From contig JALDZS010000003.1 of the NCBI GenBank assembly GCA_022813965.1, forward strand, positions 124,001-188,000: a stretch of DNA of 64,000 nucleotides, given 5' to 3'. The notes under the pieces were generated by a model that worked only from the letters and a program-made list of their open reading frames with translations, was not told the origin of the DNA and searched no databases. The first letter of the stretch is position 1, and each line of letters starts with the position of its first letter. The stretch comes from Toensbergia leucococca (lineage: Eukaryota). The translations under genes and the position numbers were made by a program. This document shows positions 1-11,541 of the stretch, one piece after another.

Positions 1-615
1 GTGCTCCGACAAGTGACCTGATAGCTTTTGCAGGCTTCGATACTTTTGCCATACTAGGTTATACTCGGTTCTAGTGTTCTTCGATATTAGAACTTGGTTG
101 AGACTTTCTAAAAGTTGCCTACTCAACATCGGTGGTTTTTTCTCGTCCTCGGACAGCGCAAGGTTGTCTGTCTCTGGTTGTAATGCTGCCGCAGCAAGAT
201 GATGATGGCTTCCACTTTCGAGCTCATCTCCAGCTGCCGTTGATATATACGCCCTGGACTCTTGCTGAACCCGTCGTTTTTGACGACGCGACTTTGGGTA
301 TAATACATCTTTCAGAACAAACCGTTGGATCAGGGCCAATGTCTGAGTCGGGTAGAGAAAGTCCAAAAAGCGCCCCTCGAGTATACTAGAAGGTAGGCTC
401 CTTAACGTGGTGTGCCTACCACTAGATGCCCGTGGTGGATTCTCCGCCGATGGTACTTCTAACAAGGATATCCACCAGGACGGTAAATCAATGCTACCAG
501 CACCGTGGCACCAAAAAGCTGAATGAAGGGAGCGCCGGCTTCGGAAAGGTTCCATTGACTTGTGAAAGTGACGGCGTGCACCATTCTCGAGACATCCTGC
601 TGCTCGCTCTATCAT
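1..615 (-). CDS. CYA5: Mitochondrial PPR-type COX1 translation factor (CYA5/PET309-like), 5' part only; gene runs off the window edge
   Basis: Hand translation from ATG 615 gives an open frame to base 1 (205 codons): MIERAAGCLENGARRHFHKSMEPFRSRRSLHSAFWCHGAGSIDLPSWW...FLDFLYP. This resembles the N-terminus I recall for Pezizomycotina Cya5 proteins. It is absent from the ORF track because there is no stop in the window. The PPR repeats lie outside the window. Confidence 0.65.
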   Translation of the reverse strand, partial: MIERAAGCLENGARRHFHKSMEPFRSRRSLHSAFWCHGAGSIDLPSWWISLLEVPSAENPPRASSGRHTTLRSLPSSILEGRFLDFLYPTQTLALIQRFVLKDVLYPKSRRQKRRVQQESRAYISTAAGDELESGSHHHLAAAALQPETDNLALSEDEKKPPMLSRQLLESLNQVLISKNTRTEYNLVWQKYRSLQKLSGHLSEH

Positions 616-1089
616 GCCACAACAAGCCTTTCCTCCACTCCGATGGGCCGCCTAGCAATCATAGATTTTTGATAGGAGGTGGATGCAGAGCTCCTGAAGT
701 TGCCTATGTCGGCGCCGTATCAAATATGGCACAAGTTGAAAGTAGGCCCAGGAAATTGAGGCAAAATTCCAAGAGATTTGAATATTCAAAGCAACGGCCA
801 AGTTAGGTGAAAATCTTCGATGTATTGATGCCGAGTACTGATTTGTAGAGACCTCTCCATGTGGCATTCAAAGAAAGATTCGAGTGACTTGGGGGCAAAG
901 AGAGTAGATTTATGCTTTCTTGCAGTATACTCTGTAATCATCATCGACTTGATTATTTACATAACCATCGCCAGACTAGATAAATTACCATAGCGCCTTT
1001 ACAAAGCCGAGGATCTATCAGATATTCTAGCTAATCGAGCTCGCTCGCTCAAGATCGCTACACAAATAATGGACAGACGGTGATTTTCA

Positions 1090-3075
1090 ATGGACATCAC
1101 AACTTTTATTGTCACCCAGAGAGATAAAGCTCTCTTAGTGGGAGACTATGGTTCATACAGGAAACAACTCTCTCGAAGATTATCTACCCTACGCAGAAAG
1201 CTCGGTCACACTACGTCAAAAGGGCACAAGCCCTCCACCAGAGCCTCCGTTACTGTTCAGGATATAAATAGCAACCATGAGTGACTCACACAGATCTGGC
1301 CAATCCGGTTGCTTTTCACTGAATATTGGTCTAGGTTCATACATCTACTTCTGCTTACCTCTGAGCGTGCCTGGGCTCAAGCCATGCACATGAAATCCAC
1401 CCACTCAGCCGAATCAGGAACTCGAGGAATTACCGGCTCAACAAGGCGACACATCTATTCACGGATTCATAAAGCAAGCGTCCACGCCGGATGTCTTGTG
1501 GCGCTTTTACGAGACAAGGAGTTAACAAACCCTGGATCAGAAGCCGTACTCGAAGCACGTGCATATCATGTATCGCTACTAGGCTCGGCGGAGTTCGAGA
1601 AACAAAATTGGGAAAAGTGTTTGAAGGCCTATTCGGAAGCGCGGTTGATATACACAACACTTGCACGATCATTGAATATGAAACAAGACGACGTTTTCCG
1701 AGAATTGCTGACTAATACCATCGACCCTAGCATACGATATGCCGCATACCAGATGAAATTACCACGGACTTTGTCCATAGACTCAATCGTAATGCGATAT
1801 GTTCCGAGTACCGGAAACGAGTACATAGAAGGTATATTGAAACAGAGCCCGGATGTACCGACCGAAGAAGCGACGGGCACCAAGGCTTTGTCTGGTGATA
1901 GCGAGGAAAATTTGCCAAGATCAATAACCTGGCGATCGCGAACCATTAAGCTGGAAGACGCAGCAATATCCCAAGCACTTGCTTCGGTTTCAGTCGCAGA
2001 ACAGAGATTGGCGTCTCTGCTATCAGAGAACATAGATTCCGTCCCCCGGATAAAAGCATCTGCATATGATGAGATTCTGGTTTCAAGTCAGGACGCAGTA
2101 GATGCGACTAAAACTGCTATTGATGAACTCTCTGCTGAAGGCGTCGCCCAAGGTGATCCGCGCATGCAAGCGCTGCAAATTACTAGGACAGCCGTGAACT
2201 ACGCGTTAGTGGGATGGAGAATAGGCAGGAACCGAGTACTAAGTGGTGAACAAGACGGCGCAGAATTTGAGCCCCAAGTAAGGAAAATGTCGAAGAAACC
2301 TAGGAAAGACGAAAAAGAAGTGGTACAGAAGGAAGAAAGTAATGGAAGAAAACTTGCGAGATTAAAAGAGAGAGTTGTGCTATATGACGCCACCCTCCAA
2401 AGCTTGCAGTCCGTTAAGGAGCTACCTGGCGTGGCGTCAGACCAAGCCTTCGGACAAGAATTGGAGGCTAAAAGAGTGTATTTTGCAGCCCTCAGGTGAG
2501 ATTCAAATTGCCTCAAGAGACTTTGTACTCATAAGCACAGATGTCTCGCAATTGCTCGGTCGTATATTCTGTTAGCTAAGACGAAAAATGCTCTAGCTCT
2601 CCTTGCACGTGCTCTAGACTTATCGTCTCAAACAAGCCCAGCTTTATTATCTCCACAGACATCAACGAACAAGCCACCCAATCTCGACCTCACGCTAACT
2701 CAAGCGAATTCGCTACATCAGCTTCTCCAAGGCCTTGTGACTCAGCAGCGGGCTTTAGTCGAACTTCATAGCCTTGACTTTGCTTCGGCATCAGCCACAC
2801 TAAACAACATCAAGCAAGCAGCGCCCCTGATCAGAAGACTAGACGAGTATCCAAAGAACGGCGCTGACTTGACAAACTTGGTGACTTATCCTCCCAAAGT
2901 TGAACCTATACCAGTCAAACCTCTGTTCCTCGACCTGGCGTGGAGTCACATTGATTACCCCGGGCGACAGAGGCAATCGGATGTTAGCAGGGTCAACGGC
3001 GCTTTTGACGATGCACAAGGCAAGGTTGGGGAGAAGAAGGAAGCAAGGAAGGGATGGTTTGGCTTTGGACGATAG
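1090..3075 (+). CDS. SRP68: Signal recognition particle subunit SRP68
   Basis: Exons 1090-1280, 1335-2495, 2541-3075 join in frame via GT-AG introns. Motifs GDYGSYRKQLSRRL, LLLTSERAWAQAM, IDPSIRYAAYQ, PIPVKPLFLDLAW and C-terminal KGWFGFGR. Confidence 0.93.
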
Positions 3076-3501
3076 TTGACAGCAGTAGGGCAGCACTCAG
3101 TGTAGAAATCATGCTCCTTGAAGTCATCTACGTCAGTTCTGTGCTGCACAGGTTTTCATGGTACTATTTGTCTCCCTGAAGTAAATTACCATCGGCAAGT
3201 ATTTCTCCCGGTGGCACCGTGGCAGTAGAATATTACTCGTAATAATCCCCCTTGCCAAGACTCTATTGACCCTAGACTACTGGTACTAGCAAATTACCAC
3301 CTCTGATGACAATGAAGAGGCATTCAGTCTTTATTGATTTGCTGGTTATTCGTACCAAGACTTCCATTGCTTTCAACTCCACTTCCTCTCACTATAGTCT
3401 TTGGAGCCTTTGTGCCTAATTCTACCGCCTACCCTTAGCACCACTCCCAACCCTCAACAATCCTCCCACACTTGAGAACAAGCTCCTCATTTCAGGCCAC
3501 C

Positions 3502-5310
3502 ATGGCAACGGCGCTGAACGGTAGCTTTGCTTCGCCGGTAGCGGACGCTCGTTTCGCTGGCACAGTAGAGTCTGACACTGCCGGCCTGTTGTCACGAGTC
3601 TACAATGGCATGAACGGCCTGACCATCTTCGCCACAGTGGTATTCATCTTAGTATCGTACGATCAATGTAAGCATGCCATTTGGCAATAGTCACTTCTAC
3701 AAGTTACCTGAGCATCGATTGACTGACAGTATGTGCAGTCAGATATGTTTGGAACAAGGGAACCATTGCTGGGCCGGCTTGGAAGATACCTTTCATTGGA
3801 CCATTTCTCCAGTCCGTGAATCCTAAGATGGACCAATACAAGGCGAAATGGGCAAGCGGCGACTTGAGCTGTGTATCAGTGTTTCACAAGTACGGCGAAA
3901 CCAGCCTTCTGCCCATGCCTTTGCAATTGCTCACAGGAATCTCTCAGGTTTGTTGTCATTGCAGCATCGCGTGATATGGCGCGGAAGGTCTTCAATTCTC
4001 CGGCCTACGTCAAGCCATGTGTCGTCGATGTAGCACAAAAGCTACTGCGGCCTACCAACTGGGTTTTCCTTGACGGCAAGGCGCATGTCGATTACCGGAA
4101 AGGATTGAATGGCCTATTCACGCGGCAAGCGTTGGAAACATATCTACCAGGCCAGGAGGAGGTATACGACACATATTTTGCTAAGTTTGTAGAGTTGTCG
4201 CAAGACAAAAACGCTGGGAAGCCGACGCCGTTTATGCCCCAATTCCGGGAGCTTATGTGTGCAGTGTCTTGCAGGACTTTTGTAGGGTATTACATTTCCG
4301 ACGCGGCTGTGAAGAAAATCGCCGACGACTACTACAAAGTAACTGCTGCGCTTGAATTGGTTAATTTCCCTATAATAATACCATTTACCAAGACCTGGTA
4401 TGGCAAAAAGGCCGCTGACATGGTCCTGGACGAGTTCGCCAAATGCGCCGCAAAATGCAAAGCCAGAATGGCCGCCGGCGGTGAAGTCACTTGTATCATG
4501 GACGCCTGGGTCAAATCCATGTTTGACTCTGAACAATACAGGCAAAAAATTGCAAAAGGCATCAGTGTTGATGAATCCGAAAAACCAGCCACCTTGCTCC
4601 GCCTTTTCTCGGATTTCGAGATTTCTCAAACAATCTTTACCTTCTTCTTCGCCTCCCAAGATGCCACCAGCAGCGCCGCCACCTGGCTCTTCCAACTGAT
4701 GGCCGATAGGCCCGAAGTCCTTGCTCGCGTGCGCTCTGAGAACCTCGAAGTCCGCAACAACGACCCTTCGGTTCGTTTCAGCATGGACATTCTCGAAAAT
4801 ATGACGTACACGCGCGCTGTCGTGAAAGAAGTACTGCGTTATCGGCCCCCAGTCATAATGGTGCCTTACCTCGTCAAAAAGCCCTTTCCCGTTACCCCAA
4901 CGTACACCGCGCCTGCCGGCTCGATGATAATCCCAACCGTCTACCCGGCCCTACACGACCCGGAAGTCTACCCTGAGCCGGAATACTTTGATCCCGAACG
5001 GTGGATCAGCGGGGATGCGGAGAAGGCGACGAAGAATTGGTTGGTGTTTGGAACAGGGCCGCACTATTGTCTGGGGCAGACGTATGCGACTATGAACCTG
5101 ATGGCTATGATTGGGAAGGCGAGTTTGTGTGTGGATTGGGTACATCATGTTACTGAGGAGTCAGAGGATATCAAGGTCTTTGCCACTATTTTCCCGCAGG
5201 TATGTAATTTGGCTTTTACTACTTGGAGAAATCCGACAAGGGAGAATGGAGGTGATTGCTAATTCAAACTCCAGGACGATTGTCATCTCGTCTTTTCCAA
5301 ACGACCTTGA
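3502..5310 (+). CDS. ERG5: Sterol C-22 desaturase, cytochrome P450 CYP61
   Basis: Exons 3502-3667, 3739-3889, 3948-5199, 5275-5310. N-terminal TM; I-helix FFFASQDATSS, EVLR (ExxR), PERW, heme motif FGTGPHYCLG, C-terminal IKVFATIFPQDDC. Confidence 0.96.
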
Positions 5311-5793
5311 AGTTGTTATTGTGTTTTTCAGTTTAGAAAAAGGCGGATGCAACAATTTTAGAGTTCAGGGTTCTGCAGCGCGCCTTTACAGTTGTATATA
5401 TCGGTGCGACGGAGATGCATTGACTGCCGTCGGGATTCTTGGAGGCCTTGACTTCCTTTGCGGTCCTTGTTTTGGGACAGCGTGTGATCCTGCCGTTGTT
5501 TTGGGATACGATGTGGGGCTGTGTTGTGCGCCGGCCCTGGAGGATAGATCTTTGGGGTTTGCAGCGCGTGGTAATTGGTAGTTTAGAAAGTGGTTTCGTC
5601 CGGAGTCTTGATGGAATTCTGTGAGATTGGTATCGTGATTTGGTGGGTGATGCTATTGAGTGTAGACGCGGCTATTCCTCAGAGATAATTTATGAATGCT
5701 CATTGCTGGGCACCCCCCAATCAACTCTTCGCCTCTCAAGCCTTCGCCTCTCAAGCTCGCACATCTTTCCCCTTAACCCTCCGCCCAAAGCTC

Positions 5794-6922
5794 CTACCTC
5801 CGCCTCCGGCCCCTCCGTCCCGCGACCCCGCGCCTCTTCGCATTCGCAGCAGCCGTCCGCGACGTATTCTTCACCTCCTTGGGCGACTCCACCACCTCTT
5901 CCTCCTCCTCCTCGCCCTCCTCACTCCCCTCTTCTTCTTTGCCCACACTCCCCTCCGAAGGCTTCACCTCCATCTGCAGCAACGACGCCCGCGTCCCTCG
6001 CCCCTTTGCCCTGCCCACACTGCCTGCTTTCTGGGCCCCACCACCAACGGACGCGGGTGATGATCGCGCGTCTGAGGCTCAACGTAGCGGTCATTAGCTA
6101 ATCCCATTCTTCACCACGCACACTCGAAACCGGGGAGGGGGCCACTCCTCACCATCGACAGATTCCGCAACCGTACTCGCTCTTCCGGCACTCTCCGCGT
6201 CTGCACCCTGTTCCAGCGGTATTGTCGGCGGCGACTCCGATCCCTCGGGCGCTAGGCGCCGCTCGAACATTGCGGCGCCGAAGTCGGAGTCTGGGAGGGT
6301 GAAGCGGCGGAAGGGGAAGGTGGAGGTGGGGATTGTGGGGTGGTCTTCGTAGTCGGCTTCGCCGGAGTTTTCCTGGTTGTGGGTGAAAGGGTTAGGTTAT
6401 TTTTGGGGGGTTTGTGTTTTCGGGGAGGATGGGGACGTGAGAAGCTTAGGGCTGGGTGTGGGGGGGAGGAGGGGAAGGAGGTGCGAACCCGTTCATCCAG
6501 AGCGTCTAGATTATAGAGGGCGCCGAGTTTGGACCAGATGCCTGGGATGCGGGTGTGGGTGTCGCGGGGGGAGGTATAGCCGTGGTTGCGCAGGTATTGT
6601 GAGAGGGCTATCATGCGGAAGTGTTTGTGCATGCCTGTTCTAGCATTGGTCCTTGTCAGTAAATTTGTATCTATTCATGGCTGTTTATGATATTTTGTTG
6701 GTGGGGAAGGGAGGGGGACGCACCTACGGGCTTCCATTTTATTATTCCTTTGAAGAGGGAGGTTTCTTGCTCGTCGGTCCAGGGGTCTGTTGGGAAAAAG
6801 GCGGCATTTGTGGAGGGAGGAGCGGTCGGAGTGTGGGGGGTTGAGGGGCGTTGTTTTGGGGTTGAGTGGGTTGAGGGGGAGGGTTTGAGGGAGGAGAGTC
6901 GGGCTTTCTTTTTGGGGGGCAT
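5794..6922 (-). CDS. EAF7: NuA4 histone acetyltransferase subunit Eaf7 (CT20 family)
   Basis: Exons 6922-6724, 6634-6489, 6372-6153, 6071-5794. Spliced product has [54 protein letters not shown], then an acidic stretch and a basic C-terminus. Confidence 0.9.
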
Positions 6923-7493
6923 GGTTTTTGAGGTGGTGTGGGGATGGAGGGGGGAGAGGAGAGAGGAATTGAGTTGGGGTTTAGCACATCGTGTATTGTG
7001 AGTCCATTGCGAGGAGTAAGGACGGTAATGAGCGTTATTGTTGAGCTTTGAAATAAGGAGGCTGGGAGGTGAGGTCGCTGTGGTGAGTGTCGACGATGCT
7101 CACAACCAAACCAAAAGGTACGTTTTCGAAGTAGACACATCACAAGCATCAGCCTTTCTACGAGTACAGAACTATTTGAACAAACACCTAGTAGATATTC
7201 ACGTAGTATCCCAAACTCTTCGAAGCCCTCATTATTATCTATGCTCCACACAGTCCTGCTCATAATTCCCACTTCGGTCAACAATAAGTCGCAATTTTTT
7301 ACTCTAGATTCTTCGAGGCCTCGATAGCATAGGCCTCGAAAATAACCCAAGTACTATTCATCCATTCGGGAGTTGATGAGCTAGAAGTCTTTTATCCTAC
7401 GATATCCTTGCGTGTCTACTGCACCAGTACCTTCTTTTGCACTGCAAGGACAGCTCCGTTCTCTGCTCTATTGATTGCAATGAACTTGATGGC

Positions 7494-10414
7494 TTACACT
7501 GCTCTAGACGTAGAGTAATATCCACTCATCTCCAGCCTCAGCGCCAGATGCCCAATAGTATTTCCCCCATCCTCGTTCATATCGCTTCTAGCAAACAAGT
7601 CATGACTGTCGTCATGATCATTCTTCGTAGTCCCACCATATCCCCTTTTCTCTCCCAGACTTCTGCAGACACTAACAAAAACACAGACTTTCTTTCGAAA
7701 ATTCCTATACATCTCCTGAACCTGTATATCAGGCTTGGGACTCGTTTTTTTCTCCAGTGCCTTCTCTCTTGAATGTTTTGCAAAATGCAGAACCGAGCTG
7801 AAAATTTCTTCAAGTAATTTTTTGACCTGCGCCTGTCGCTTTCGCAGTAATAATGCAAACATCATGCGATCCAGTACAGTTTCATGATACTCACGTAGCC
7901 TGTGTAACCCTTCGTACTCGAGCCTGTCATCCAAGTGCATTTCAATTTCGTCAAGTTTATGTTCAAATATGTCCCAATTAGTTCTAACTCCGTCAGAAAA
8001 GTACCCACACACTGTCGATACAAAATGATGTGCCTCGATGCGGAAGCGTTGACTTGCCAAATCAGGTCCTCGCCCACGTGAGGAGCGATGGGTGTCATCA
8101 CGTAAAAGCTGGTTAACTACATAAAGCATGCGGAGTCCTCGAAGAAGCAACTTGAAGAGGATGTCGTATTTGTCAAGACAAGATGGCGTGATCACAACTT
8201 GTAGCGGCGATAGAGGTTTATATTGCAACCGCAGGAAGTCCAGAGCCTCAATTGAATTGGGGTCTATACATCGCTGGAATTCGTCGTCGGAGATGTCCCG
8301 AATTGCAAAGCTCAGCCCTCCTGGGAGCTCACCACGGGTGGTATTCAAACCGTTGGTGTGTGCGTTGAAACATTCGGTGAGGATGCCCATCAGGGCAAGC
8401 CGCACTTCAGAACTTGCCGGCGGCCAGTTATCTCGAGATCCGAGCTTGAGCCCCGAAAGTCCCGACCTTGAGTGACCTTTATGACGTTCAGCAGTCTCCA
8501 GTTCAGGATCAAAGAGGGCATGAGAAAGACGAGACGCAAAAACCCCGTCGCCGAAAAGACTGTACCGGTATTGAAGCGATAGATGAGACCGAATGCTATG
8601 ATCTTTGAAAAAGAGGCGAAGGCAGGCTTGATTTACGAGACGTGCTTGGGTCGATAGAATAGGGCTGAAGGATAGCAGAGGAACCAGTGATAATGGAGGC
8701 TCAAACGTCGCAAGATCATTCCTCGGACTGCTGTCCATCGAGATAGCGAACTCCAAGGCTTTGGAGAGATCATCTCCACCACTGTCTATGGGCTCCTCGA
8801 TTCTTGTAAATAATGCCACAATCTGCGCTTGCGGCGTCTCCCCAGATTTTTCAGTATTACCATGTTGCAGACCCTCAACACCTTCACCCAAAGTCTCCCT
8901 GTGAAACCCATTCCTATCAAATTCCTTTATAGCACACAAAATGGCAGTCTCATACTCTATGACTTGGGCTTGGATCCTCTCCGCGTCTACCCAAGAAAAA
9001 TGCCAGTCAAGTACGGGTTGTTTCACATTCTTGAGTCTTGGAGGCATGGCTAAAGGATGGTATGGCTTGTAAACTTGTAGTAGTTGCAGGCTCGTCCAAG
9101 TCTCCACCATGACTTTAGCATCCTCTTCAGGGATGAAATTCGGCATCACGGGTGATCCGAAAATATGGCCTACTTCCTGCTCTTCTTTTCTCTCGTCTCC
9201 GATTATAATAGAATTATTAGTCTGCAAGCCTAGTCGAATAGCCATAGAGTCTAGCCATGTTTTCGAAACATGCGCAAGAAGCGAAAGGACTATTGGTCGA
9301 AGCCAGTTATCAGAGTCTTCCAATTCCAGAACATAGTCGTAGATTTTTGAAAGTAAATCGTTGTTGCAGGTGGCAGCCCTGGTTTTGTCAATGATTGCAC
9401 TCAGACAGACCAAGATTTGACCTGGTCGATGGAAACGTGCCTGAAGCTGGATTAAGCTGCGTATTGATAGGGAGGAGCTGATAATCTGGCTTTGTAGAGC
9501 TGCTCGAATGGTGCGAACTGCATCTCCTAGCGCGATCAGAGTCGGGAACGAGTTCTTTGAGTTGTACGTCTCATCTATGAAAGATTGCAATCTTCTCGTT
9601 GTATTCCCATATTCAAAGAATTTTGCACTCAGACTCTGGAAAGATGCCAAAGTGCAGCCTGACATTCGCCCATCCTCCAAGCAGGGGCGAAATGACATTT
9701 CATCCACATACTTAAAAAGCAAAGACTCCCTACCGAGACCAAGTTGAAAGAGACTCTAATCGAACTCAGCTATGGTTTTCAATGATCGAGCTGAGTAAAA
9801 TATACTGACGGATAATGATGGATCTGATTGAACTACGCGGCTCAGAGGCAGCGCGCCATCGACTGATGCCGCAACCAAAGCAGCGTCGAAAGCCGATGGT
9901 CCTGCTTCGCTAATATATGCAGTACAAGGTTCCTTGAAGGTGGGGTCGTAAAAGGTCTCCCATGTTCGGACTCGACGCCTCGTATGTTGGCATTTCGAGT
10001 CCTGTGGAAACGTCCAGATATCATCCGCATCGATGCTCCACACATTCAATGCATCAACACTTGAAGAAGCTGTGGATGACTCGATGGCGTGCAGACTTTC
10101 AAGAGAACCAAATTCGAAGGATTTCAAGTCTGGCAGACTTTCAAGAGATCCAAATTCGAAGGATTTAAAGTCTGGCAGGTATAAATCGATATAGTTCGAG
10201 GGCGCATATATGTCCTTCGTATCGTTCTCTAATTCTGACCCAAAAGATCAGTGATGATTGTAGCCTAAGTTGGTGGAAGTCTTTCATTTAGGTGGGGCGT
10301 ACCAAGTACTTCCAGACCGTGGATGACAGGACTTAGACCCAATTGCGCGAACCTAGAGGGTTTCCACAGATTAGTAATGGCAAAGGGATTCCCGACATCT
10401 TCATCTCCGTCCAT
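7494..10414 (-). CDS. GCP6: Gamma-tubulin complex component, Spc97/Spc98 (GRIP) family, most like GCP6
   Basis: Exons 10414-10303, 10234-9810, 9755-7494; alternative in-frame ATGs at 10426 and 10435. Motifs LFGDGVFASRLSHALF, WPPASSEVRLAL, ALDFLRLQYKP..VITPSCLDKYDILFKLLLR. The family is secure; the GCP6 subtype is from recall. Confidence 0.8.
10091..10178. repeat. 42-bp in-frame tandem duplication (2 copies) in GCP6 exon 2
   Basis: gcagactttcaagagaaccaaattcgaaggatttcaagtctg (10091-10132) and gcagactttcaagagatccaaattcgaaggatttaaagtctg (10133-10174) differ at 2 positions. Confidence 0.95.
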
Positions 10415-10657
10415 CGGGGCTTCCATCAATTGCATGGTAGCATTGTGTCGAAATTGACGTTGCGGCGACTCGAGCGCGTTGCGTGCCAAAGCTTAATTCA
10501 GCCTTGTAGCGGGATGACGTAAACTCGCTTGATGGAAGCAAAAGATTTGCCGCCGAGGGTGACTCGGTGGCACTCGCGATTTGATACTCGTATTTGATAC
10601 GGAGTATCCATCAATATTGATAAAAGCAGAGCCAGCAAGCGTTGCTGCTTTCTTTCT

Positions 10658-11270
10658 CTAATTTTTCTCTATCTTGCCTCCCTTACTCTCCCAATCCATC
10701 CAGCTACCTTCGTAATTTCCCACTGTCGCCGTCCAGCCGGCCTCCCGAGCTAATCCTACAGCAGCTCGACTCCTTACACCTGCTTTGCAGTAAAACACTA
10801 CTTCATCTCCATCCTCTGGTTTGGGAAATCCGAACTTTTCTTCAAACTCGTCGGCAGGAAGGAAGAACCCGTCAGGTTGTGTAGCTATGGGAAGGTTATG
10901 AGAGGTGGGGATACGGCCAGTAGAAGCGACTTCAGACGACTCGCGGACATCTATGAGGATCTTTGTTGAGGATGGACGAATCGTAAGCTGTTGGACCTGG
11001 CCGCCGGGGCAAAAAGAATTAGTGAAGTACAATTGGCGCAACGCATAGAGGGAAATGGCTTGCATCATTAAATTGGTATACATGGAGCTTGGTATGCGCA
11101 GAGGAGAAATCTTGCCGTGAATGCGGGGAGATGGGGGGCGGACGAAAAGAAAATAGATGATTGCTTTTAGAAGTAGAATTTAAGGATGTTGGTTTGGAAG
11201 GGCAGCGGAGGACAGGCACTCCGATATTGCGTTTGCAAATGAAGGATTGGATGACCCGTTTATTGGCCAT
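10658..11270 (-). CDS. Single-domain rhodanese / thiosulfate sulfurtransferase, probably mitochondrial (Rdl1/Rdl2-like)
   Basis: Exons 11270-11064 and 10996-10658 with a probable GC-AG intron. Arg/Ser-rich, acid-poor N-terminus; ILIDVRE..E...GRIP, active-site loop FYCKAGVRS, NYEGSWMDW. Confidence 0.88.
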
Positions 11271-11541
11271 GATTGTAAGACGAGGTTGTAGGTCAAATGC
11301 GTAGGAATATGATGTTGCAATTTCGTTCCCCTCGGCCGTGACACAACCCTAAGTGGACCTCGGTTGTCAGATGCCAGCTGCACCGTTAGGTCACAAAGCA
11401 GCTCCACCGCCTCTAAAAACCAATCCATCCACGGTTGACGTTCTTTCTTTCATTTTCCTAAACTACAACAGTACTACCCTCAATTTAGGCGTGCTGGGAA
11501 AGACAGGCCACCTGGGCATTCTTCCGGTCGAAAGGCGAGGG

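Noticed and set aside
132..806. Plus-strand ORFs 132-389 and 426-806
   Set aside because: Antisense shadows of the minus-strand CYA5-like gene.
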